This document shows positions 56,260 through 64,000 of a stretch of DNA of 64,000 nt, one piece after another. Under the pieces are notes generated by a model. It did no database searches. It saw nothing but the letters and a program-made list of their open reading frames with translations, and was not told where the DNA came from. The stretch is from an uncultured Alphaproteobacteria bacterium. Its GTDB lineage: Bacteria; Pseudomonadota; Alphaproteobacteria; Acetobacterales; Acetobacteraceae. Each line of letters begins with the position of its first letter. The stretch's first letter is position 1. The position numbers and the translations under genes are program-made. Location of the stretch: contig CAVOKY010000011.1 of assembly GCA_963696645.1 (NCBI GenBank), positions 470,858 through 534,857 on the forward strand, given 5' to 3'.

Positions 56260-58365
56260 ATGCGTCCCTCGGAAGCCATCGCCGCCCTGCGTTTCGATCC
56301 GCTGCTGCCGCTCTGGCTTATCGCGGTAGTCGGCGTGCTGGCGCTGCTGGTGGTGGCACTCGCCGCCACGCGCAGAGCACGCGGCACGGTCTGGCGGCTC
56401 GCCGGCTTCGCGGTGCTGCTGCTCTGGCTGGCCGGTCCTCGGCTGGTGCAGGAGACCCGGGAAAACCTGCCCGACATCGGCCTGCTGGTGGTGGACCAGA
56501 CCGCCTCGATGCAGATCGGCGATCGCGCGCGACTGGCCGAGGCGGCGCGGGCTGCGATCACGCAACAGGCGGCGAAACTTCCCGGCCTGGAGCTGCGCAC
56601 CGTCACGGTGCCGGAAAGTGGCGATACCGGCACCCACCTGTTCGGCGCCATCGACCGAGCGCTGGCGGACATCCCGCGGTCGCGGCTGGCCGGCACGATC
56701 GCCATCACCGACGGCCAGGTGCACGACAGTCCGGACACGCCTCCCGGTGGCGCGCCGTTGAACGTGCTGATCCCGGCCAAGGGCGAGGAAACCGACCGCC
56801 GCCTCCGCGTCATCGAGGCGCCGAGTTACGGCATCGTCGGCAAGTCCGCCACGCTGCGTGTCGCCATCGAGGATCTCGGTGTGCCGCATCCGACCGGCAC
56901 GGCCAACCTGACGATACGCCGTGACGGCGAGCCGCCGCGGGTTGAGAACGTGCCGATCGGCGTGGAGCAGACCATCGAGCTGCCGATCACCCGCGCGGGC
57001 CCCACGGTGGTGGAACTGTCGGCGAGCCCGCTCGCCGGTGCAGTCACCGCCATCAACAGCCGGGCGGTGATCGAGATCAACGGCGTGCGCGACCGGCTGC
57101 GCGTGCTGCTGATCTCGGGCGAGCCGCATCCCGGTGAGCGCACCTGGCGGCGGCTGCTGAAGGCGGATCCCTCGGTCGACCTGGTGCACTTCACCATCCT
57201 GCGCCCGCCGGAGAAGGACGACCTGACGCCACTGAACGAACTGGCGCTGATCGCCTTTCCGGTGCGCGAGCTTTTCCTGGACAAGATAAACGAGTTCGAC
57301 CTGATCATTCTGGACCGCTTCCAGAACCGCGGCCTGCTGCCGTTGCCCTATATCGCCAACATCGCCGAGCGTGTGCGCGAGGGTGGCGCGCTGCTGCTGA
57401 GCGTCGGGCCGGAGTTCTCCGGTGCGGCCAGTCTGGCGGCGACGCCACTCGGCCAGGTGTTGCCGGGCATTCCAGCACCGTTGGATTCCGTGGTGGATGG
57501 TCGGTTCCGCCCGCGCGTGACCGATCTTGGCCAGCGCCATCCGGTGACCGAAGGTCTCGTCGGGGCGAACCCGCCGGGCGAGCCGGACGCACCGCCGGCA
57601 TGGGGTTCCTGGTACCGGCACATAGACCCCACCGACGTGCATGGCGAAGACCTGATGGACACGCCGGACGGCGACCCGCTGCTGCTGCTGGATCGGGTCG
57701 GCAAGGGCCGGGTCGCGCTTCTGCTCTCGGATCAGATCTGGCTGTGGTCGCGTGGTCATCAGGGTGGCGGTCCGCAAGCCGAGTTGCTGCGCCGTGTGGC
57801 GCATTGGCTCATGCAGGAGCCGGAACTGGAGGAAAATGCGCTGACGGCGCAAGTTGCCGATGGGCGCCTGACGATCGAGCGCCGCTCCACCGATCCGGCG
57901 CCGCCCGGGCAGGTGACGGTGACCGATCCCGATGGCAAGGTCCTGAAGCTGGATCTGAGGCAGACCAGCCCCGGGCGGGCGACCGTCGGCCTGCCGGCAA
58001 CCACGCCGGGGGTCTGGCAGGCGAGCGACGGCAGCCGTACTGCCTATGCCGCGGCGGGCGCTGCCAATCCCCTGGAGTTTGCCGATCTGCGCGCCACGGC
58101 GACGCTGCTGCACAAGCTGGCACGCGCCTCGGGCGGCGGGGTGCGTTTCATCAGCACCGGCAAGCCCGGAGCGCCGCCGGATGTGCCCGACCTGCGCCGT
58201 ATCGAACCCGATCGGCCGGCGGCGGGCAGTTCGTGGATCGGCCTGGAGCGCCGGCATGATCATCTGGTGACCGGGATCGCCGCGCTTGCGCTGCTGCCGT
58301 CCTGGGTCGCTCTGCCGCTGATGCTGGGAGTGCTGGTGCTCGCGTGGCGGCGCGAAGGGGCGTGA
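56260..58365 (+). CDS. large membrane-anchored protein (vWA-like N-region, GATase1-like middle region, C-terminal TM)
   Basis: ATG 56260 lies 9 nt after the upstream stop. It has two N-terminal TMs, IGLLVVDQTASMQIGDR (MIDAS-like DxSxS), VLLISGEPHPGERTWRRLLKADPSVDLVHFTILRPP and a C-terminal TM (VTGIAALALLPSWVALPLMLGVLVLAW). Confidence 0.6.
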   Translation: MRPSEAIAALRFDPLLPLWLIAVVGVLALLVVALAATRRARGTVWRLAGFAVLLLWLAGPRLVQETRENLPDIGLLVVDQTASMQIGDRARLAEAARAAITQQAAKLPGLELRTVTVPESGDTGTHLFGAIDRALADIPRSRLAGTIAITDGQVHDSPDTPPGGAPLNVLIPAKGEETDRRLRVIEAPSYGIVGKSATLRVAIEDLGVPHPTGTANLTIRRDGEPPRVENVPIGVEQTIELPITRAGPTVVELSASPLAGAVTAINSRAVIEINGVRDRLRVLLISGEPHPGERTWRRLLKADPSVDLVHFTILRPPEKDDLTPLNELALIAFPVRELFLDKINEFDLIILDRFQNRGLLPLPYIANIAERVREGGALLLSVGPEFSGAASLAATPLGQVLPGIPAPLDSVVDGRFRPRVTDLGQRHPVTEGLVGANPPGEPDAPPAWGSWYRHIDPTDVHGEDLMDTPDGDPLLLLDRVGKGRVALLLSDQIWLWSRGHQGGGPQAELLRRVAHWLMQEPELEENALTAQVADGRLTIERRSTDPAPPGQVTVTDPDGKVLKLDLRQTSPGRATVGLPATTPGVWQASDGSRTAYAAAGAANPLEFADLRATATLLHKLARASGGGVRFISTGKPGAPPDVPDLRRIEPDRPAAGSSWIGLERRHDHLVTGIAALALLPSWVALPLMLGVLVLAWRREGA

Positions 58366-58455
58366 GCTGATTGGCCACCGCTGGCACCGCTCCATCAGCG
58401 TGGAAACGCCGGGAATCAGGGTCTATCACGCAAGGGGTTGTTGTCCCCGAGGCGG

Positions 58456-58464
58456 TTGTCCACA
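58456..58464 (+). promoter_or_regulatory. DnaA-box-like motif upstream of gcrA
   Basis: TTGTCCACA matches the DnaA box consensus TTATCCACA at 8 of 9 positions. It lies 91 nt upstream of the gcrA ATG and is embedded in a CCACAA-N4-TTGTGG inverted repeat. Confidence 0.3.
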
Positions 58465-58554
58465 ACTTTTTGTGGTTTAGCGCAAATGGTGAGTTGACGG
58501 CCGCACTGGCCTGTATACCGTATCTTGTGGTTGCGCCATCAGGGAGACCACAAG

Positions 58555-59070
58555 ATGGATTGGGCCGAGGAAACGATCATCCGCCTGCGTTCGCTGTGGG
58601 ACGAAGGGCACTCGACCGCCGAGATTGGCCGGCGTTTGGGTGTGTCGAAAAACGCCGTGGTAGGCAAGGCACACCGTCTGGACCTCCCGGCTCGGCCCTC
58701 GCCAATCCGTCGTGACGGCGTGCCCGGGGGGGCGCCTCGACGGTCCACGCCACGCCGCGTGGCCGGGCCCACGCTGCCGCCGCTATCCAGCACCGGCCCG
58801 ATCTCCACATCCGGCGTTGCCCAGGCAATAGTGCCGCTCGTGCAGGCGCTGGTGCCCAAACCCGCACCCCCGCCGCGCGTACTGCCGCCCGCACCGCGAC
58901 TTTACGGCCGCGTCGTCACCTGTTGCTGGCCGATCGGAGAACCAGGAACGCGCAGCTTCCGTTTCTGCGATCTCGCTTCGGAACCTGGGAAGCCGTATTG
59001 CGAGGAACACGTCAAACTGGCCTATGTCCAGGTGCGCGACCGGCGTGACCGTCGCGAGGACGCTGCCTGA
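58555..59070 (+). CDS. gcrA: cell-cycle transcriptional regulator GcrA
   Basis: MDWAEETIIRLRSLWDEGHSTAEIGRRLGVSKNAVVGKAHRLDLPARPSPI and the C-terminal CCWPIGEPGTRSFRFCDLASEPGKPYCEEHVKLAYV are canonical GcrA. SD AGGGAGA. Confidence 0.92.
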   Translation: MDWAEETIIRLRSLWDEGHSTAEIGRRLGVSKNAVVGKAHRLDLPARPSPIRRDGVPGGAPRRSTPRRVAGPTLPPLSSTGPISTSGVAQAIVPLVQALVPKPAPPPRVLPPAPRLYGRVVTCCWPIGEPGTRSFRFCDLASEPGKPYCEEHVKLAYVQVRDRRDRREDAA

Positions 59071-59211
59071 AGCGCCTTCGCAGCGCCGTTCCAGCGACCA
59101 GCAATCGGTTCCCACCGTCGCCCCAGTGGGCGGGGAAGCCTGTTGGGTGTGTCAGCGCGGTGCCGCCGCCTGGACCTTCTTGCACCGATCGTGAATCCTG
59201 CGGCGACAATG

Positions 59212-59763
59212 TCATTCGTTGGCGGCTAGGCGGATCGCGCCAGGCGTCGCCGCGATCAACTGGTCATGCGAGGCGGGCCGGTCGGATCGGATGAAGCCGT
59301 AGGTCGGGTATTCGTTGATGCCCATCTCGACCGTGGGCGGCCACCAGACACGTACCATCGACCAGTCGTTTGCAGCCGAGATGTCGATCACGGGTTGGTC
59401 CTCGCTGACCCGGTGATGCACCCAGTTGGCCTGGGTCACCAGGATCTGCCGGTTGCCGAGTACCTGGGAGACAACGGCGACATGGCCGCTGGGCAGACGG
59501 CCCGAGCGTTGGAATACCAGCACGCTGCCGACCGAAGGGCGGTCGCTGCGCGCATAGCGTCCGCTCGCCTGCCACCACCAATCGGCCGCGGAGCCCCATA
59601 GCCGCACGCCGCTCAGTTCGCGGGCGAACGGGGCGCACTCCACCGGCACTGAGCCGCCGACGTAGTCGCCGATCCGACCATCGGTGGCTGGGCCAGTGGA
59701 GGCACAAGCCGCCAGGGTGAGCAGGCCGAGCAGGGGCAGGATAAGCCGAACCAGGGTACGCAT
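59212..59763 (-). CDS. CHAP-domain lipoprotein (peptidoglycan amidase/peptidase-like)
   Basis: The lipobox is LLTLAAC. ECAPFARELSGVRLWGSAADWW...GSVLVFQRSGRLPSGHVAVVSQV supplies the catalytic Cys and His spacing of CHAP domains. Confidence 0.75.
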   Translation of the reverse strand: MRTLVRLILPLLGLLTLAACASTGPATDGRIGDYVGGSVPVECAPFARELSGVRLWGSAADWWWQASGRYARSDRPSVGSVLVFQRSGRLPSGHVAVVSQVLGNRQILVTQANWVHHRVSEDQPVIDISAANDWSMVRVWWPPTVEMGINEYPTYGFIRSDRPASHDQLIAATPGAIRLAANE

Positions 59764-59893
59764 GCGCCCTCGGCGGGTGATGCACTTGCAGCGGATTTAT
59801 CATGCAATTTATCGGAACGATGCAAGAACTGATTGATTTGGAGCGAAACCCGTCTCCGCCATTCGCGCGCGCTGCCGGCACGTGCCGAACGGA

Positions 59894-61090
59894 TCAGCCT
59901 TGCTGCTGCGCCGAGCCCAGCAGCGTCTGCAGCACGTACTTCGTGTGAGCCCCGGCGGCCGGACCCGGCCAGCCGATCGCTGCATCCGGCGGGTCGCCAT
60001 CCAGCCGGATCGTCGGCCCGGGATGCAGGGTCCGCCCGACCAGCGGGTCGTCCACCTCCTGCACCGACCCACGTTCGCGGAAATGCGGATCGTGGGCGCA
60101 ATCGGCGATGTCGTAGAGCCGCGAGCACGGCACATCGGCAGCCTCCAGCCGCGCTTCTGCCTGTTGCGCCGGGAGCGTGCGGGTCCAGGCCGCAATCGCC
60201 GCGTCCAGCGCATCGCGGTGTGCACAACGGTCGCCGTTGGTGGCGTAGGCCGGATCACGCGCCAGCTCCGGCCGGCCGATCGCCTCCATCAGCCGGCCGA
60301 AGATCAGGTCGGAGTTGCCGGCGATGCACAGCCACTTGCCATCGACGCAAGGATAGGTGTTGGTCGGTGCGGCGGTCTGGATGGCGGCGCCGACCGGTTG
60401 CCGCACCCGGCCATCCATTGCGTATTCCGGCAGCATGCCCTCCATAAGGCTGAACACGCTATCCACCAGGTTGACGTCCACCACCCGCCCGCGCCCGGTC
60501 CCCGCCACGTCGCGCTGCCACAGCGCGGACAGCAGTCCGATTGCCGCATACATCCCCGCCAAATCGTCGCTGATCGAGATGCCGCAGCGCGGCGGCGGCA
60601 GGTCCGAACTGCCGGCGGGATGCGCGGTGAGATGGCGGATGCCGCCCATCGCCTCGCCGATCGCGCCGAACGCCGGCTTGTCGCGATACGGACCATCCTG
60701 GCCGTAGCCGGAGATGCGCGCGATCACCAGCCGGGGATTGACCGCGTGCAGTGCCTCCGGCCCGAGACCAAGCCGCTCCAGCCTGCCAGCGCGCAGGTTC
60801 TCCACCAGCACATCCGCGCGTGCGGCGAGGCGCAGCAGGGTCGGGCGGTCGCGCTTCAGGTCGAGCGTGACGGACAGCTTGTTGCGCCCGTGCACGCTGA
60901 ACCAGACGGAGTGCCCATTCACCGCCGCACCCCAGCCGCGGAACGGATCGCCGCCGGGTGGTTCCACCTTGATCACCTCTGCGCCAAGGTCGGCGAGGAT
61001 GCGGGTGCAGAACGGAGCCGCGATATAGTGGCCGATCTCCAGCACCTTCAGGCCGACGAGGGGACCGGTGCGATTGGGCGGGACGAGCAT
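59894..61090 (-). CDS. CoA-transferase family III (CaiB/BaiF-like)
   Basis: ATG 61090 (MLVPPNRTGPLVGLKVLEIGHYIAAPFCTRILADLGAEVIKVEPPGGDPFR). The track ORF starts 60 nt further upstream, in AT-richer sequence. The frame is intact. Confidence 0.85.
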   Translation of the reverse strand: MLVPPNRTGPLVGLKVLEIGHYIAAPFCTRILADLGAEVIKVEPPGGDPFRGWGAAVNGHSVWFSVHGRNKLSVTLDLKRDRPTLLRLAARADVLVENLRAGRLERLGLGPEALHAVNPRLVIARISGYGQDGPYRDKPAFGAIGEAMGGIRHLTAHPAGSSDLPPPRCGISISDDLAGMYAAIGLLSALWQRDVAGTGRGRVVDVNLVDSVFSLMEGMLPEYAMDGRVRQPVGAAIQTAAPTNTYPCVDGKWLCIAGNSDLIFGRLMEAIGRPELARDPAYATNGDRCAHRDALDAAIAAWTRTLPAQQAEARLEAADVPCSRLYDIADCAHDPHFRERGSVQEVDDPLVGRTLHPGPTIRLDGDPPDAAIGWPGPAAGAHTKYVLQTLLGSAQQQG

Positions 61091-61368
61091 CTGCGGCTCC
61101 AGGTTCGTGAAATTGTGATCATTGAGGCCAAAATAAAAGAAAGGAAGCACACCGCTGTTACCGTTTCATAAGAGTTTTGCCTCCATATTCTCGGTCATGG
61201 AGCCGGCATTGCCGGTGTCCTGTTTCCTCCCCGATGTCGCGCCCTAAGTTGTGGCGCGGCCCCCTTGGGCGGTGCGGCCCCGAGGCTGCATCGCCCTTTT
61301 TTTGTCCGGCTTCCGTTCGCCCGCGACTGATCGCATGATCGGCGGCATCAGGCCACGGGAGAGGTGAG

Positions 61369-61551
61369 ATGGACAAAGACCTGGTCACGAAGCTGGCGCG
61401 TGCCGCCGGTCTGGACAAGGCGCTCGACGAGTTCCCTGGCGATGTCGCGATCGCCGCTGAACAAGCGCTGGGGAACAAGGACGGGATCGCCTATCCCGCC
61501 GACCCCACCGTTGAGCCGTGGCCGCCGATGCGCGCCGGGATCGGACTATGA
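61369..61551 (+). CDS. small protein (60 aa), translationally coupled to the amidase; possible GatC/AtzG-like partner
   Basis: A strong SD (GGGAGAGG) lies 5 nt before ATG 61369. Its stop overlaps the amidase ATG (ATGA at 61548-61551). It reads MDKDLVTKLARAAGLDKALDEFPGDVAIAAEQALG...EPWPPM. Confidence 0.55.
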   Translation: MDKDLVTKLARAAGLDKALDEFPGDVAIAAEQALGNKDGIAYPADPTVEPWPPMRAGIGL

Positions 61552-62942
61552 GTGAGCTGCACTGGCTCTCCGCCTCGGAAGCGGTGCGTCAGTTTGCCGC
61601 GCGCAGGCTGTCGCCGGTCGAATTGCTGACGGCGCTGCTGGCGCGCATCGATCGGCTCGAGCCCAGGCTGCATGCATTCACCCGGCTGGATGCCGATGCG
61701 GCGATGGACGCGGCGCGCGCCGCCGAAGCCGAGATTGTCGTGGGGCGCGTGCGCGGCCCGCTGCACGGCGTGCCTGTCGGCATCAAGGATATCTTCGACG
61801 TCGCCGGGCTGCCGACGACGTGCCATTCGAAGATCCTGCTCGACAATGTCGCGGCGGCGGATGCGGTCGCGGTCGCAAAGCTGCGACAGGCCGGCGCGAT
61901 CATATTGGGCAAGCTGTCCACGCACGAATTTGCCATCGGCGGACCGAGTTTCGATCTGCCGTTTCCGCCGGCGCGCAATCCGTGGAACCCGGAGCACCAT
62001 CCGGGTGGTTCCTCGTCCGGTTCGGGTGCAGGCGTATGCGCTGGGCTGTTTCCGCTGGCGTTGGGCTCGGATACCGGTGGTTCGGTGCGCAATCCGGCGT
62101 CGGCCTGCGGCATTGTCGGGCTGAAGCCGACCTACGGCCTGGTGTCGCGCCGAGGCGTGTTCCCGCTGTCGTTCACGCTGGATCATGTCGGGCCACTGAC
62201 GCGCACTGTGGCGGACAACGCGCTGCTCCTGGATGCGATTGCCGGGCACGATCCAGCCGATCCCGGGAGCGCTGCTTCGGGCGCGCGCTATTTCGGCCGC
62301 ATGCTGGATCGCGGCGTGCGTGATCTGCGCATCGGGTTCGTGCGGCATTTCCATGAGCTGGACAAGCCGGCGCATCCCGAGGTGACCGCGGCGATCGAGG
62401 ACGCGGCACGCGTGCTGCAGGCCGAGGGCGCGGAAATCCGCACCGTCGCCCTGCCGTCGCTCAACGAGTTCGCCGCGGTGAATCGGGTGATTCTGTGCAG
62501 CGAGGCGTGGTCGATCCATGCGCCGTGGCTGCGTTCGCGTCCCGGCGATTACGGCCAGTCCTCGCGCCAGCGGCTACTGCCGGGCGCGTTCATGAACGCC
62601 GGCGATTATGTCGGCGCCCAGCGCCGGCGGATGCAGATGATCGCGGCGGTGGAGGAACTGTTCCGCGATTGCGACATACTGCTCTGTGCAAGCTCGATGG
62701 ATCCGGCAAGCCGTATCGAGGACGCGGCGGAAACTCTGCGCACCTATCCGCGGCAGGCGCGCACACCGTTCAACGTGACCGGCCATCCGGCGCTGGCGAT
62801 GATGGCGGGCCTTGCGCGCAACGGGTTGCCGGTATCGGTACAGTTTGTCGGGCGCTACTTCGACGAGGCGACGGTGCTGCGGGTTGCGGCCGCCTACGAG
62901 CGCGGCACGGAGTGGCACAAGATGCGTCCGCCGATCGGGTGA
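61548..62942 (+). CDS. amidase-signature family amidohydrolase (GatA/AtzE-like)
   Basis: GPLHGVPVGIKDIFDVAGLPTT, then the AS signature GGSSSGSGAGVCAGLFPLALGSDTGGSVRNPASACGIVGLKPTYG with the Ser-cisSer-Lys triad context. ATG 61548 is used rather than the track start 61518. Confidence 0.88.
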   Translation: MSELHWLSASEAVRQFAARRLSPVELLTALLARIDRLEPRLHAFTRLDADAAMDAARAAEAEIVVGRVRGPLHGVPVGIKDIFDVAGLPTTCHSKILLDNVAAADAVAVAKLRQAGAIILGKLSTHEFAIGGPSFDLPFPPARNPWNPEHHPGGSSSGSGAGVCAGLFPLALGSDTGGSVRNPASACGIVGLKPTYGLVSRRGVFPLSFTLDHVGPLTRTVADNALLLDAIAGHDPADPGSAASGARYFGRMLDRGVRDLRIGFVRHFHELDKPAHPEVTAAIEDAARVLQAEGAEIRTVALPSLNEFAAVNRVILCSEAWSIHAPWLRSRPGDYGQSSRQRLLPGAFMNAGDYVGAQRRRMQMIAAVEELFRDCDILLCASSMDPASRIEDAAETLRTYPRQARTPFNVTGHPALAMMAGLARNGLPVSVQFVGRYFDEATVLRVAAAYERGTEWHKMRPPIG

Positions 62943-63119
62943 CGGTGGCGCGAGACGCCATATGACCTGATCGGCGGTTCATCGCCGCGCCTGGCCATGC
63001 CGGTACCAGGCGGCGAGGCCAACGATCAGCCGGTGCCAACGAAGCCGCCAGAAGGGCTTGAGGCTGCTGCCCCGTCCGGCCCACAATCCCTGTTCAGTCA
63101 GGCCTGATGCAGGAGTGCC

Positions 63120-64000
63120 ATGCGCGTTCTGGTCATGGGCGGCGGCGTGGTCGGCGTGACCACCGCCTATCAGTTGCTCAAGGACGGCCACGAGGTGGTG
63201 CTGCTGGAACGCAATGCCGGCGTTGCGGAGGAGACCAGCTGGGGAAATGCCGGCATGATCGCGCCCGGCCACTCGTTCGTCTGGTCCTCGCCGCGCGCGC
63301 CATGGATCCTGCTGAAGTCGCTGTTCCGCAAGGACCAGGCGCTGCGGTTTCGGTTCTCGACCGATCCGCGGCTGTATTCCTGGTCGCTGAAATTCCTGGG
63401 CGAATGCACTGCGGCTAAGGCGCGCGACAACACACTGCGCAAGCATCGAATCGCGATGTATTCGCAGCGCGTGCTGCATGAAGTGATTGCGGCCGAAACG
63501 CTCGACCACGATCGCAATGCGCGCGGCGTCCTGTACTTCCATCGCGACCAGGCGGCGCTGGATGCAGGTGTGGCGCATATGCAGTTGCTGGCGGATGACG
63601 GCCAGGAGATCCGCGTGCTTGACCGGACGCAGGTGCTGGAACTGGAACCCGCGTTGCAGGCGGCCGCACACAAGATTGCCGGCGGCATCTATTGCCCAAG
63701 CGACGAGACCGGCGATTGCCACAAATTCGCCCGCGCTCTCGGCGCGCGCTGCGAGGCACTTGGCGCGGAATTTCACACCGGCACGGCGATCACGGCGATC
63801 GATACGGCAGGCGATGCGGTGACACAGGTGCGAGCCAACGGCCAGGCGTTCAAGGCCGATGCGTACGTGATGGCTCTGGGCAGCCATAGTCCGATCCTCG
63901 CACGGCGGATCGGCGTTACATTGCCGATCTATCCGATCAAGGGCTATTCGCTGACCATCCCAGTCGGTAACCACGCTTCGCCACCGACCATCGGTTCGGT
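63120..64000 (+). CDS. dadA: D-amino-acid dehydrogenase (5' part; continues beyond the window)
   Basis: ATG 63120 follows AGGAG. It contains MRVLVMGGGVVGVTTAYQLLKDGHEVVLLER...ETSWGNAGMIAPGHS and ...LPIYPIKGYSLTIP. The frame is open to position 64000, so it is not in the ORF track. The minus ORF 62979..63974 is its antisense shadow. Confidence 0.8.
   Translation, partial: MRVLVMGGGVVGVTTAYQLLKDGHEVVLLERNAGVAEETSWGNAGMIAPGHSFVWSSPRAPWILLKSLFRKDQALRFRFSTDPRLYSWSLKFLGECTAAKARDNTLRKHRIAMYSQRVLHEVIAAETLDHDRNARGVLYFHRDQAALDAGVAHMQLLADDGQEIRVLDRTQVLELEPALQAAAHKIAGGIYCPSDETGDCHKFARALGARCEALGAEFHTGTAITAIDTAGDAVTQVRANGQAFKADAYVMALGSHSPILARRIGVTLPIYPIKGYSLTIPVGNHASPPTIGS

Noticed and set aside
56197-58395. 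732-aa minus-strand ORF
   Set aside because: It is antisense to the membrane-protein gene 56260..58365 of the MoxR operon. Its composition is Arg-rich and it has no SD or motif, so it is a shadow ORF.
62979-63974. 331-aa minus-strand ORF at the right edge
   Set aside because: It is antisense to dadA, which has the N-terminal FAD fold and the IYPIKGYSLTIP motif.

Overview
GC-rich alphaproteobacterial chromosomal segment, judged from GcrA, FlaF/FlbT, separate petA-petB-petC genes and sigma-54-type flagellar promoters. I saw no rRNA, tRNA, CRISPR array, transposase or integrase. Layout: (1) 1-2.9 kb: a PAP2-like gene running off the left edge and a hypothetical gene. (2) 3.1-19 kb: a secreted beta-propeller protein and an intact flagellar hook/filament block. 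That block is flgD-fliK, divergent from flgE-flgK-flgL-flagellin-flbT-flaF, followed by a flagellin-adjacent modification module (TPR-methyltransferase, FlmG-like TPR-glycosyltransferase, GT2, flaG). (3) 19-31 kb: an organic-acid catabolic island with four MmgE/PrpD paralogues, a TcuA-like flavoprotein, RidA, an HpcH aldolase, a PhtD-like decarboxylase, a racemase-like protein and a TctC-like binding protein. (4) 31-41 kb: housekeeping genes (apt, YciI/ECF sigma, VOC, mtnP, petABC, hemF, emrAB). (5) 41.8-48.7 kb: an ABC exporter followed by a visibly lower-GC three-gene island. The island holds two paralogous tandem-domain GT-A-like proteins flanking a zinc-ribbon/SAM methyltransferase, plus a truncated third copy, all of unknown function. 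(6) 48.8-64 kb: cca, Nudix, DUF1285, a MoxR-DUF58-DUF4159-membrane operon, gcrA, a CHAP lipoprotein, a CoA-transferase, a small ORF plus amidase, and dadA running off the right edge. The most striking global signal is roughly fifty frameshifts plus one in-frame stop, all confined to about 15-40.5 kb and clustered gene by gene. The flanking 12-kb flagellar block and the 23-kb right-hand block read cleanly. Every call comes from manual translation and motif recognition; no database search was run.
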